Assembly (NCBI GenBank): GCA_031552735.1 | Contig: JAVBMF010000026.1 | Location: 747 to 64,746 of the forward strand | Source: Eubacteriales bacterium | GTDB taxonomy: Bacteria; Bacillota; Clostridia; Christensenellales; Aristaeellaceae | Direction: 5' to 3' | Length of the DNA: 64,000 nt | Shown: positions 35,215 to 47,394 of the stretch, piece after piece | Layout of the letters: each line of letters begins with the position of its first letter | How positions within the stretch are numbered: the stretch's first letter is position 1 | Notes under the pieces: model-generated | Told to the model about the DNA's origin: nothing | What the model saw: the letters and a program-made list of their open reading frames with translations, nothing else | Database searches by the model: none | Translations under genes and position numbers: made by a program

Positions 35215-35322
35215 GCGAACTCTCCTTTGTGGTCGCTTGGGAAAGGTGGCTGCAAGTATTGCAGTCAAGAAGATATTATACTGCCTTTAGCAAGGATTGG
35301 CAAGTGGGTGGGGGGAAAGGAC

Positions 35323-35351
35323 TTGCCACCAATCGGCGCATATCGTATAAT
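35323..35351 (+). promoter_or_regulatory. Sigma-A promoter of the glycosyltransferase gene
   Basis: TTGCCA, a 17-nt spacer, then TATAAT (35346-35351). Confidence 0.55.
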
Positions 35352-35390
35352 ATGAAGGAAATTCTCGCACACATAGAACAGGAGACAAAC

Positions 35391-36869
35391 ATGCAAGCAT
35401 TTTTCGCGCGGTTGGCGGCCTTTTGCCAGAAGCATAAAACCATCCTGCAATGGGCGTGCATGCTGGGGCTGGCTGCGGCGTTTTTTGGGGGCAGCGTATA
35501 CTTTGGCCCGGTGTCCATGCTGTCGCACTGCAAGGACTGGGCGGAGCGCAAGCTGCTGCTATTTCTCTTTACCGCGCTGTATATCGCGGTGATGGCGGTC
35601 TACCTGATCTGGAAAAAGCCGGACTGGACGCGCTTTGCCTACGTGCTGGTGCTGATGATGGTGGCACTGGTGGTGCGCATCGCGCTGTTTAACCAAATCA
35701 CTGCGGACTACACGTCTTTCCTGCGCGAGTGGGTCAATGTGTTCAAGGCCGAGGGGTTCAGTGCCATCACCAAGGAAATTGGCGACTACAATCTGCCATA
35801 CCAGTACATTCTAGCGGTCATCGCCAAGGTACCGATCAACCCGCTCTACCAGATCAAACTGGTGTCGGTGACCTTCGACTTTGCACTGGCGCTGCTGCTG
35901 ATGGGCATGACCGACCGCTTCCTGCACAAGCGCTACGGCATGGTGGTGCTCACTGCGGTGCTGCTGATGCCGACGCTGTGGTTCAACGGCGCGTTCTGGG
36001 CGCAATGCGACGCGATCTATGTGTTCTTCGTAATGGCGTGCCTGTACGCCATGCTGGCCGACCGGCCGGTATTGTCGGTGGCCATGCTGACCATCGCGTT
36101 CTCGTTTAAGATTCAGACCATCTTCTTTTTCCCGATGGTGCTGTTTGGGCTGCTGCACAAAAAATACAAGCCGCGTCACGCACTGGTGTTTATCGTGACA
36201 TACATGCTGATTATTACACCGGCGCTGCTGATGGGCCGGAGCCTCGTCAGCGCGCTGAGCATCTATTTCCGCCAAGCGGCGCAATATAACGACCGGCTGA
36301 CGTACAACGCACCGAACATGTATCAGTTCATGCCCTTTGGCGAAGTGAGCATGCAGCACGATTATCGCAGCATTTTGCAGTACTTTACGCAGATTGACCC
36401 CGCGACTTGGGGAGAGTGGTGGACGCCGGATACGGTGCGCTACTTGCAGGCGTCGCTGGTGCCCTATGCCGCGATGTTGGTGCTGGCGCTGGTGTTCTAT
36501 CTCTTCAATAACCGCAAGTATATCAAGCTGGAGCACGTGTGGATGATCGCGATGGCGTTCACACTGCTCATTCCGCTGGTGCTGCCCAAGATGCATGACC
36601 GCTACTTCATGCTGGCCGAGATATTCGCGATTCTCTACGCGGTGCGCTATCCCAAGCGCTGGTTTATCCCGGTGCTGGTGATCTGGGCGTCGTTCGAGAG
36701 CTACATGCCCTTTATCGCGCGCGAGCGGCCGCTGGACATGCGCATCGCGGCGGTGATGATGATGGCGGCGATGGGCGTGGTGCTGTGGGATATGATCCGC
36801 GCGATGCGCGCCGGACGCGCACTGGACAAGGCCGACAAAGCGACGATGGACGAGCCGTACGCGGTTTGA
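35391..36869 (+). CDS. Polytopic GT-C-fold membrane glycosyltransferase (PIG-V/Gpi18-like mannosyltransferase family)
   Basis: It has ~11 TM helices, and an early loop with DYTSFLREWV...GDYNLPYQY that is typical of this family. ATG 35391 follows AGGAGA. Confidence 0.5.
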   Translation: MQAFFARLAAFCQKHKTILQWACMLGLAAAFFGGSVYFGPVSMLSHCKDWAERKLLLFLFTALYIAVMAVYLIWKKPDWTRFAYVLVLMMVALVVRIALFNQITADYTSFLREWVNVFKAEGFSAITKEIGDYNLPYQYILAVIAKVPINPLYQIKLVSVTFDFALALLLMGMTDRFLHKRYGMVVLTAVLLMPTLWFNGAFWAQCDAIYVFFVMACLYAMLADRPVLSVAMLTIAFSFKIQTIFFFPMVLFGLLHKKYKPRHALVFIVTYMLIITPALLMGRSLVSALSIYFRQAAQYNDRLTYNAPNMYQFMPFGEVSMQHDYRSILQYFTQIDPATWGEWWTPDTVRYLQASLVPYAAMLVLALVFYLFNNRKYIKLEHVWMIAMAFTLLIPLVLPKMHDRYFMLAEIFAILYAVRYPKRWFIPVLVIWASFESYMPFIARERPLDMRIAAVMMMAAMGVVLWDMIRAMRAGRALDKADKATMDEPYAV

Positions 36870-37031
36870 CCGGAAAAAATTTGAAAATTGCCGGTCGTTC
36901 TTAATCCAATTCTCATGCACTCCTTAGCGCATCTTCAAGCGAAAAGCCGTCGCGTGCGGTATTCTATGCTTGCGAGGCGGAAACAGCCTGCATGATAGAA
37001 AAACGCATGAACGATAGAGGAGGACACAATC

Positions 37032-37787
37032 ATGGCAAAGTTTACGATGGAGCAAATTGATTACCTTCGCGAGAAGGCTGCCATTTCGTACGAAGAGGCG
37101 GTCGAGGTGCTGGAGAAGAACGATGGCGATCTGGCACACTGCATGGTCGACCTGGAGCGGCGCGGCCGGTTAAAGCCGCAGGCCAAGAAGGCGGGTGGCC
37201 GTGCCAACTACAATCCCTTCGCCGGGATGGAAGGCACCGCCGAGCAAGTGTACCAGAAATACCAGCAGAGCCGCAGCCAAGGCTATCAGGGGCAGGGCCA
37301 GAGCACCGGCGAGCGCCCCAAGGCGTTTGTGCTAGATCCCGCGTGGCTCAAGAGCACGCTGTTTTCCCGCGTAGTCGTGCGCAAGAACGATGCCGTGGTG
37401 GTCAATCTGCCCGTGCTGCTGATCCTCATTGCGTTCATTCTGGCCTTCCCGGTGTCGGTGGCGCTGGTCATCCTGACCTTCCTGATGGGCTGCACCATCA
37501 AATGGGAGCGCCCCGCCGCCAAAGACGAGCGGGAGAACGACTTGTATACCTTTGTGGACAAGACTGCGGAGAACATCCGCCGCACCACCGACAGCTTTGT
37601 CGAGACCTTCAAGAACGAAGTGCGCCCGCAGGACCCGCGTCCGGAAGACCAAGCGGAGTATGGCACCACCAAGGAGCCCGATGCCAAAGCGGACGCCAAA
37701 GCCAAGAAGGGCAAGCCGGGTGACGTGGCTGCCGCTGCCGATGCGGCGGAAGGCGAGAGCACCGAGGGTGAGTATACGGTAGAATAA
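37032..37787 (+). CDS. DUF4342-type membrane protein with an N-terminal UBA/EF-Ts-N-like domain and an acidic C-terminal tail
   Basis: The N-terminus is MEQIDYLREKAAISYEEAVEVLEKNDGDLAHCMVDLE. The mid section VVVRKNDAVVVNLPVLLILIAFILAFPVSVALVILTFLMGCTIKWE matches the DUF4342 pattern. Confidence 0.6.
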   Translation: MAKFTMEQIDYLREKAAISYEEAVEVLEKNDGDLAHCMVDLERRGRLKPQAKKAGGRANYNPFAGMEGTAEQVYQKYQQSRSQGYQGQGQSTGERPKAFVLDPAWLKSTLFSRVVVRKNDAVVVNLPVLLILIAFILAFPVSVALVILTFLMGCTIKWERPAAKDERENDLYTFVDKTAENIRRTTDSFVETFKNEVRPQDPRPEDQAEYGTTKEPDAKADAKAKKGKPGDVAAAADAAEGESTEGEYTVE

Positions 37788-37867
37788 CCGCCAAAGCTTG
37801 ATGCGGGACGCGTTCGTCCCGCATCGTTTGCGTTGTGCGAAGCGGGAAAGACTGGGGGAGCGACACA

Positions 37868-38566
37868 GTGGCCAAGATTCTGATCGTAGAGGATGAAAAC
37901 AAGATCGCCCGCTTTGTAGAGCTGGAGCTGTCGCACGAGGGCTATTCGGTGGAGATTGCCAGCGACGGACGCGAGGGCCTGAACAAAGCGCTGTCCTGGC
38001 AGCCTGATTTGATCGTGCTCGACCTCATGCTGCCGGGACTGTCGGGCATCGAGGTATGCCGCCGTGTGCGTCAGGAGAGCCAAGTGCCCATCATCATGCT
38101 GACTGCTAAGGACGATGTGTCCGACAAGGTGATGGGGCTGGACATGGGCGCGGATGACTACATGACCAAGCCCTTTGCGATTGAGGAATTGCTGGCGCGC
38201 ATCCGCTCGATGCTCAAGCGCCAACGGCAAGCCGCCGAACCGGAAGCACCGCAAAAGCTGACTGTCGGCGCGTTGATGCTCGATCCGCGCGCATACACTG
38301 TGACCTGCCGGAACGAGTCCATCACGCTGACCAAGAAGGAATTTGACCTGCTGGCCTACCTAATGGCCCGCGCGGGCGAAGTGGTGACCCGTGATGAGCT
38401 GTTGGACAAAGTATGGGGCTATGCCTATGCCGGGGACACCAATATCGTGGACGTGTATGTGCGTTATCTGCGCACCAAGATCGATGAGCGCATGGGCGTG
38501 AAATATCTGCACACGGTACGCGGTGTCGGCTACATGATAAAGGATGAAGAAAAGCAGCATGGATAA
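37868..38566 (+). CDS. OmpR/PhoB-family response regulator
   Basis: The REC domain is KILIVEDE...DLIVLDLMLPG...LTAKD. The winged-helix output is LTKKEFDLLAYL...VDVYVRYLRTKID...TVRGVGY. GTG 37868 follows GGGGAG. Confidence 0.9.
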   Translation: MAKILIVEDENKIARFVELELSHEGYSVEIASDGREGLNKALSWQPDLIVLDLMLPGLSGIEVCRRVRQESQVPIIMLTAKDDVSDKVMGLDMGADDYMTKPFAIEELLARIRSMLKRQRQAAEPEAPQKLTVGALMLDPRAYTVTCRNESITLTKKEFDLLAYLMARAGEVVTRDELLDKVWGYAYAGDTNIVDVYVRYLRTKIDERMGVKYLHTVRGVGYMIKDEEKQHG

Positions 38567-40085
38567 GAAGCAGGCGTCCGACAAAGCGCCCAAGCCGCGC
38601 TACAAGCGGCCCAAGGGCCTGACGCGCAAGGAGCGCAAGCGCATCCAGCAGCAGCAACGCGAAGCCTATCGCGCGCTGGTGAAGGAGCAGGCTGCCGCCA
38701 CCGGCGAAAGCCCGCTCAACCGCTTCAGTCGGCTCATCCATGAGTTTTTCGTGCATGGGCTGAGCAACCTGCGCTTTTCGCTGAGCCTGCGCATCGCGGC
38801 GACGTATGCGCGGCTACTGCTGGGCATGTATTTTCGCAATGTGACGCTGCTGCTCCTGGTGTTCTGCATATGGCAAGCGCCGCAACTGATGCTGCGCAAT
38901 GGCAAAGTGGTAGAGGCGGTGATTGCGGCGGAGAATCCGCTGGCACTGCCGCCGCTGCCCTATGCCGAGCAAGTGGTAGCTGAGGCGCTGCCGGGCGATC
39001 CGCCCGCGCCGGTGGGCTTCTGGCAGCAGCGTGTGCAGCCGCACCTCGGCGCGCTGCGCGGGGTCACACTGGCGCAGGTGTATCATCCGGTGCTGCATTT
39101 TGAGACGCTGTACGCGCATGGTGGGCAAACCTGGCGCGTGCGCACCGCGCACGACCTGTGGCCGCTGTGTGTGATGTTTTTGCAGCTCATGGCTGCACTG
39201 CTGGTCTTTGATATCGGGCGCGCGGTCGCGTTCCTTTTTGAAGGGCGGCGCATGAACAGAAAGACGCTGCAACCGATCGCCGATATGAGTAAGAGCGCGC
39301 AGATGCTGTCGGAGAACGACTTGAGCCTGCGCCTGAACGTGGCCGGGGCCAAGAGCGAGCTGCGCGATCTGGCCAGTGTGCTCAACGACATGCTGGACCG
39401 CGTGGAAGTAGCCTATAACGGGCAGAAGCAGTTTGTGTCCGACGCGTCGCACGAGTTGCGCACGCCCATCGCGGTGATTCAAGGCTATGCCAATCTGCTG
39501 GAGCGATGGGGCAAGGATGATCCGCAGGTGCGTGATGAGGCGATCACCGCCATCGTGCACGAAACCGCCAACATGAAGGAACTGGTGGAGAAGCTGCTGT
39601 TCCTCGCGCGCCACGACAAGCAGCCCTTCGCGCTCAAGCTGGAGCACTTTGAGCTGCGCGAGCTCATGGAGGAAACCATCCGTGAGACCGAGATGATTAC
39701 CGCCAATCACCACGTCGAGACCGGCGCGCTGACCAGCGGGATTCTCTATGCCGACCGCAACGCCATCAAGCAGGCAATCCGCATCCTGATTGACAACGCG
39801 GTCAAGTACACACCGGCGGGCGGCACAATCCGCATTGGGTGCGAGCGGCAGCAGGGCACGGTAACCATCGCCATCAGCGACACCGGCGCGGGCATCGCCA
39901 CCGCTGATCTGCCCAACATATTTGACCGCTTTTACCGCGCCGACGCGGCGCGCGCCGGACAGACCTCCGGGCATGGGCTGGGGTTGTCGATTGCCAAGAT
40001 CATTGTGCTGGCACACGGCGGAAAGATCAAAGTGCGCAGCCAGAAGGGCAAGGGAACGACGTTCAGCATGGTGCTGCCGAACTGA
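38544..40085 (+). CDS. Sensor histidine kinase (HAMP-HisKA-HATPase) with a basic N-terminal extension
   Basis: It has the H-box SDASHELRTPIAVIQGY, an N-box and the G-boxes DTGAGI and GHGLGLSIAK. Two TM segments flank a ~90-aa loop. The first ~55 aa are Lys/Arg-rich. It overlaps the RR gene by 23 nt (alternative ATG at 38559). Confidence 0.88.
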   Translation: MKKSSMDKKQASDKAPKPRYKRPKGLTRKERKRIQQQQREAYRALVKEQAAATGESPLNRFSRLIHEFFVHGLSNLRFSLSLRIAATYARLLLGMYFRNVTLLLLVFCIWQAPQLMLRNGKVVEAVIAAENPLALPPLPYAEQVVAEALPGDPPAPVGFWQQRVQPHLGALRGVTLAQVYHPVLHFETLYAHGGQTWRVRTAHDLWPLCVMFLQLMAALLVFDIGRAVAFLFEGRRMNRKTLQPIADMSKSAQMLSENDLSLRLNVAGAKSELRDLASVLNDMLDRVEVAYNGQKQFVSDASHELRTPIAVIQGYANLLERWGKDDPQVRDEAITAIVHETANMKELVEKLLFLARHDKQPFALKLEHFELRELMEETIRETEMITANHHVETGALTSGILYADRNAIKQAIRILIDNAVKYTPAGGTIRIGCERQQGTVTIAISDTGAGIATADLPNIFDRFYRADAARAGQTSGHGLGLSIAKIIVLAHGGKIKVRSQKGKGTTFSMVLPN

Positions 40086-40095
40086 AAATGCCATC

Positions 40096-40123
40096 AAAAA
40101 AAGCCCCCGCAGGGGCTTTTTTT
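40096..40123. terminator. Bidirectional terminator between the HK gene and the convergent hybrid kinase gene
   Basis: AAAAAAAGCCCC-CGCA-GGGGCTTTTTTT. Confidence 0.85.
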
Positions 40124-40125
40124 AC

Positions 40126-43098
<2,973 letters not shown>

Positions 43099-43152
43099 TG
43101 GGAGACCTCCTTTTGTACAAAAAGACAGAGCATCCGCCCCTTGGCTGTTTTT

Positions 43153-43181
43153 ATTCTAATAGGTTGTGCGACACATTTCAA
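43153..43181 (-). promoter_or_regulatory. Sigma-A promoter of the hybrid kinase gene
   Basis: On the minus strand: TTGAAA, a 17-nt spacer, then TAGAAT. The RBS AAAGGAGG follows ~35 nt later. Confidence 0.6.
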
Positions 43182-43220
43182 TGTTTTTTGGGAATATGAT
43201 GCAATTCTTTATATAGGAAC

Positions 43221-43246
43221 AAAAAAACCGCCGGGTAGGCGGTTTT
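43221..43246 (-). terminator. Rho-independent terminator of the metallophosphoesterase gene
   Basis: On the minus strand: AAAACCGCCT-ACCC-GGCGGTTTTTTT. It overlaps the TAA stop. Confidence 0.8.
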
Positions 43247-44396
43247 ATCGCGTGGAGGAAGTGGTAAGGCGCAGTAACGCGATGCGCGGCGCGTTGAACA
43301 TGCGAAACGGTACCGAATACGCGCGCGACACACCCAGCCCGGCGCTGACGAACTGTGTGACGCCGCCTACCTGCATGAGTCCGTGCGTGCGCCTTTCGCC
43401 GGGCAGCCAACCGCGCCCCGGCACATACAGCGGGCCGATGAAGGGGAGACATGCCTGACCGCCGTTGTTGTGCCCGGCCAGCACCAGATCGACCTGACGC
43501 GCCTGCGAGGAAACGGTGGTGGAGTCGGTGGCGCTCCAGTTTTGGAGATTTCGCACAAAGTCGCTTTGCAGCGGGTGATGCACCAACGCAATTTGCAGGT
43601 CGGCTCCCTGCATGCTGGCGCGGGCCTCGCGCACCCGGTTTAAGATTTCCAGTTGATAATTCAGCGCGCGACTGCGCGCCTTGATGCCAGCGAGTTCGGC
43701 GTTTCCGCCTTCTTGATCGCGCTTGAGCTGATTGCGAAAGCTTTGTTCCGCCGCGTCCAAATCCAGACTGAGCTGCGATTCGGGCAGCACCCACAGCTTT
43801 TTGCCGCCGACCACCAAGGAGCGCGGGGCGTCCAGATAGATGGCGCCGCGACGCTGCGCGCCCTGCACAAACTCTGCGAGTACGTCGTTGGAATAGTGCG
43901 GCTCGGTCATGATGACCTGCGGGTCCTCATCACCGGGGATAAAGTAGATGGGCACGCGCGGGTCCAAGCACTCGATCAGCTCGTAAAAGGGGTAGGGGTC
44001 GCCATCCGGCCCCACCATGTCGCCGGTGATGCACACCACATTGTAGCTGCGGTTGCGCAACGCCGCGCGAATCAGGCTTTGCCCGGAGCCAAAACGCTTG
44101 CCGTGCAAATCGGAAATGTGCAGGATGCTGTACCCTTCGAACGTGGGATCCAGTGCGGGAACGGTGACGGATATGCCTTCCACCTGCACCATGTTGTTGA
44201 CAAAAATGTTGTATGTGATGGACAGGCCGACCACAATGAGCGCAACCAGAAAAAGCCAACCGCCGGAAACTCGCGTTCCGCGTTGGCCGGAAAACATGCT
44301 GCGACTGGGTTTGCTGGCCCGCATGCGCACTGTGGCACGCAGAGGCTGCGTTCGGGCTTGCCCGCTGGAACGGAATGGGTTTGGATTGTGGTTCAT
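43245..44396 (-). CDS. Membrane-anchored calcineurin-like metallophosphoesterase
   Basis: It has one N-terminal TM helix and the motifs ILHISDLHG, CITGDMV, ALVHHP and LVLAGHNNGGQ. Confidence 0.8.
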   Translation of the reverse strand: MNHNPNPFRSSGQARTQPLRATVRMRASKPSRSMFSGQRGTRVSGGWLFLVALIVVGLSITYNIFVNNMVQVEGISVTVPALDPTFEGYSILHISDLHGKRFGSGQSLIRAALRNRSYNVVCITGDMVGPDGDPYPFYELIECLDPRVPIYFIPGDEDPQVIMTEPHYSNDVLAEFVQGAQRRGAIYLDAPRSLVVGGKKLWVLPESQLSLDLDAAEQSFRNQLKRDQEGGNAELAGIKARSRALNYQLEILNRVREARASMQGADLQIALVHHPLQSDFVRNLQNWSATDSTTVSSQARQVDLVLAGHNNGGQACLPFIGPLYVPGRGWLPGERRTHGLMQVGGVTQFVSAGLGVSRAYSVPFRMFNAPRIALLRLTTSSTR

Positions 44397-44701
44397 GAGC
44401 GCCTCTATCTTGCTCGCGCAGTGCGCGGAATGGATGCAACAAATAAAAACTTATTTCGACAAGATTCTGTCACAAGTTTCCTGTATGCTATGTATTATAG
44501 GGGGAAAAATGTCGCATTTCAATAGACAACTGCTTGCAAAGTGCTTGAAATTTGTTACAATTATATTGAGAAATGCTCCGCGAAGATTTGTGCGAGAAAA
44601 CGCGAACGAAAAGTGAAGGTTTCGTCAGGATTCTTCGTTTGTTGTCATAGGAAGGAAAAGCGCGCTGTGATATACTCACGGCGTAGCACATAGGAGAGCA
44701 T

Positions 44702-46066
44702 ATGGCCAAGGCAAAGACCGTATATGTGTGCAGTCAGTGCGGATACGAAACCGCGCGGTGGCTGGGCAAGTGCCCCGAGTGTGGGGAATGGAACACATTG
44801 GCAGAACAGACGGCGGCACCCATGCTTGCGCAAAAACCAGCCAAACGCCAAGGCGGCACCGGTGCGGTGGCGCTGAAGCTGCACGAAATCCCCGAGGACG
44901 GACAGCTGCGCGCCGCCACCGGCATTGGTGAGCTGGATCGCGTGCTGGGCGGCGGTGTGGTGCAGGGGTCGCTGGTGCTGGTCGCCGGGGAACCGGGCAT
45001 TGGCAAATCCACCTTGTTGCTGCAAGCCAGCGCGCTGCTGGCGCAAAAGGGGCGCGTGCTGTATGTGACCGGCGAGGAGTCCGCCCGGCAGGTCAAGATG
45101 CGCGCGCAGCGGCTGGGGCTGGCCGATGGGCAGCTGTACATTCTGGCGGAAAACGCGATGGATGCCGTGGAAGAGCGTGCGCAGGAGATCGGGCCGGACT
45201 ACATGGTGGTCGATTCTATCCAAACCATGTACCGCCCCGAGATGGCGTCTGCGCCGGGCAGCGTATCGCAGGTGCGAGAGTCCGCAGCGGTGCTGATGCG
45301 TTTGGCCAAGACCAGCGGGTGCGCGGTGTTTCTGGTGGGGCATGTCACCAAGGAAGGCGCCATTGCCGGGCCGCGTGTGCTGGAGCACATGGTGGACGCG
45401 GTGCTGTACTTCGAAGGCGACCGCCAGCACGAGTACCGCGTGCTGCGCGCCGCCAAGAATCGCTTTGGCTCGGTCAATGAGCTAGGCATCTTCCAGATGC
45501 ATGAAAACGGCATGGTGGAGGTGCCCAACCCCTCGGAGATGTTGCTTTCCGCCCGGGCAAAGGATGTGGCGGGATCGGCGGTGTGCTGCGGGCTGGAGGG
45601 TACGCGGCCGATGCTGGTCGATGTGCAGGCGTTGGTATCGCAGACCGCCTATGGCACGCCGCGCCGAACCACCAATGGGTTCGAGTTGGGCAGGCTGGCG
45701 CTGCTGCTCGCCGTGCTGGAAAAGCGCGCCAAACTGCCGCTGTACAACCAGGACGTGTACATCAACGTCGCCGGGGGACTGGAGCTGACAGAGCCTGCCG
45801 CCGATCTGCCGCTGTGCGCGGCAGTGGCGTCGTCGCTGCGGGATATCGTGATTCCGCCGGACTGGGCGATGATGGGCGAGGTGGGCCTGGCCGGCGAAGT
45901 ACGCGCCATCGGTCAGGCTGAGCGACGGCTGGCCGAGTGTCAGCGGCTGGGCTTTACGGCCTGCGTGCTGCCCCGGGAGAACATGAAGCGCCTGCGCGCG
46001 CCGGAGGGATTGAAGCTCTACGGTGTGGATACGCTGTCGGAGGCGCTGTCTATTCTGCTGGGATGA
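44702..46066 (+). CDS. radA: DNA repair protein RadA/Sms
   Basis: It has the zinc finger YVCSQCGYETARWLGKCPECGEW, Walker A GEPGIGKST, the KNRFG motif and a Lon-protease-like C-terminus. Confidence 0.95.
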   Translation: MAKAKTVYVCSQCGYETARWLGKCPECGEWNTLAEQTAAPMLAQKPAKRQGGTGAVALKLHEIPEDGQLRAATGIGELDRVLGGGVVQGSLVLVAGEPGIGKSTLLLQASALLAQKGRVLYVTGEESARQVKMRAQRLGLADGQLYILAENAMDAVEERAQEIGPDYMVVDSIQTMYRPEMASAPGSVSQVRESAAVLMRLAKTSGCAVFLVGHVTKEGAIAGPRVLEHMVDAVLYFEGDRQHEYRVLRAAKNRFGSVNELGIFQMHENGMVEVPNPSEMLLSARAKDVAGSAVCCGLEGTRPMLVDVQALVSQTAYGTPRRTTNGFELGRLALLLAVLEKRAKLPLYNQDVYINVAGGLELTEPAADLPLCAAVASSLRDIVIPPDWAMMGEVGLAGEVRAIGQAERRLAECQRLGFTACVLPRENMKRLRAPEGLKLYGVDTLSEALSILLG

Positions 46067-46128
46067 GGTGCTGTATAAACCTGAACAATCGGAGCACAAT
46101 AGGGTAACGGGAACAAGAAGAGAGAGTG

Positions 46129-47259
46129 ATGCGTATGAAGAACCCTGTGGTGAAGCGATGGCTGAGATGGGTTATTACCGCGATGGGTACGGCGATTGGC
46201 GCCGGTCTGTCGGCGCTGGCGGTGCGCCTGTGGCAGTTGCTGGCGCGCGGTTCAGCACGCGTTCCGCAGCCAACCGCGTGGATGCTGCTGGCGGTGTATG
46301 TAGTACTGACAACTCTGGCACTTATCCTGACATTTATCTGCGCGCCAAGGCTGATCGAAGGATTCGCGAAACTGGTCAACAAGATTGAGCGCAGGCTGGA
46401 TGCGACGCCCATGTCGCAAGTCATCCTCGGCGCGCTGGGGCTGTTGGTTGGCCTGGGCATTGCGGCGCTGGTGTCCTCGCTATACCGCTTCGGCGACCTG
46501 ACGGTGCTGTCCATCGCGCTGTCTGTGCTGACGTATATGGCGCTGGGCTATTTGGGCGTGTCGCTGGCGACACGAAGGTGGAAAGAATTTCCGCTGATGA
46601 CCAAGCGTGCCGATCGCCAGCGTGGCGTCGCGCAGGTTAGCACCAGCGGCATTCCGCCCAAGATACTGGATACCAGCGTGATCATCGATGGGCGAATCTT
46701 TGACATCAGCAAGACCGGCTTTGTGGAAGGCATGCTGACCATCCCGCAGTTTGTGCTGGACGAGCTGCGCCATATCGCTGACAGCAGCGACGCGATGCGC
46801 CGCACGCGCGGCCGCCGTGGGCTGGATGTGCTGCAACGCATGCAAAAGGAGTTGGGGTTGCCCATTCACATCGACGACACCGATTTTGACGACACCGACG
46901 AGGTCGATGTCAAGCTGCTCAAACTGGCGCAGCAGGTCGGCGGCATTGTGGTGACCAACGACTACAACCTGAACAAAGTGGCGAGCGTGACCGGCGTGAA
47001 GGTGCTGAACATCAATGAGTTGGCCAACGCGGTCAAGCCGGTGGTGATGCACGGCGAGGAGATGACCGTGCAGGTGGTGCGCGAGGGCAAGGAACCCGGT
47101 CAAGGCGTTGCTTACCTGGACGACGGCACGATGATCGTGGTGGACAATGGTCGCCGCTGTGTCGGGGAAACCGTAGAAGTGGTGGTGACCACCGTGCTGC
47201 AAACCGCTGCCGGGCGCATGATTTTTACCAAGCTCAAGGGGATGGATAAGGTAGGATAA
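46129..47259 (+). CDS. yacL: PIN/TRAM-domain membrane protein (YacL-like)
   Basis: It has N-terminal TM helices, the PIN domain KILDTSVIIDGRIFDI...DELRHIADS and a C-terminal TRAM domain (GETVEVVVTTVLQTAAGRMIF). The start is ambiguous (GTG 46126, ATG 46129 or ATG 46135). Its position after radA is conserved in Firmicutes. Confidence 0.85.
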   Translation: MRMKNPVVKRWLRWVITAMGTAIGAGLSALAVRLWQLLARGSARVPQPTAWMLLAVYVVLTTLALILTFICAPRLIEGFAKLVNKIERRLDATPMSQVILGALGLLVGLGIAALVSSLYRFGDLTVLSIALSVLTYMALGYLGVSLATRRWKEFPLMTKRADRQRGVAQVSTSGIPPKILDTSVIIDGRIFDISKTGFVEGMLTIPQFVLDELRHIADSSDAMRRTRGRRGLDVLQRMQKELGLPIHIDDTDFDDTDEVDVKLLKLAQQVGGIVVTNDYNLNKVASVTGVKVLNINELANAVKPVVMHGEEMTVQVVREGKEPGQGVAYLDDGTMIVVDNGRRCVGETVEVVVTTVLQTAAGRMIFTKLKGMDKVG

Positions 47260-47272
47260 GCCAGCGCGCTGC

Positions 47273-47305
47273 CCCCCGCTTCGTGAGACACGGAGCGGGG
47301 GTTTT
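47273..47305 (+). terminator. Rho-independent terminator after yacL
   Basis: Stem CCCCCGCT/AGCGGGGG with a 13-nt loop, followed by TTTT. Confidence 0.65.
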
Positions 47306-47394
47306 ATGTCCGAATGCTTTGAATTGTGGGGCTTTTTCGGCTGTGGTACAATAGGGCATATTCTGTGCTTATTCTTTCTTCCGAGGAGCATCTT

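Noticed and set aside
36924-37139. 71-aa minus-strand ORF in the glycosyltransferase-DUF4342 spacer.
   Set aside because: It overlaps the start and RBS of the well-supported plus-strand gene at 37032, and it has no RBS or motif.
44397-44701. CtsR operator upstream of radA.
   Set aside because: No GGTCAAA-NAN-GGTCAAA direct repeat is present on either strand.
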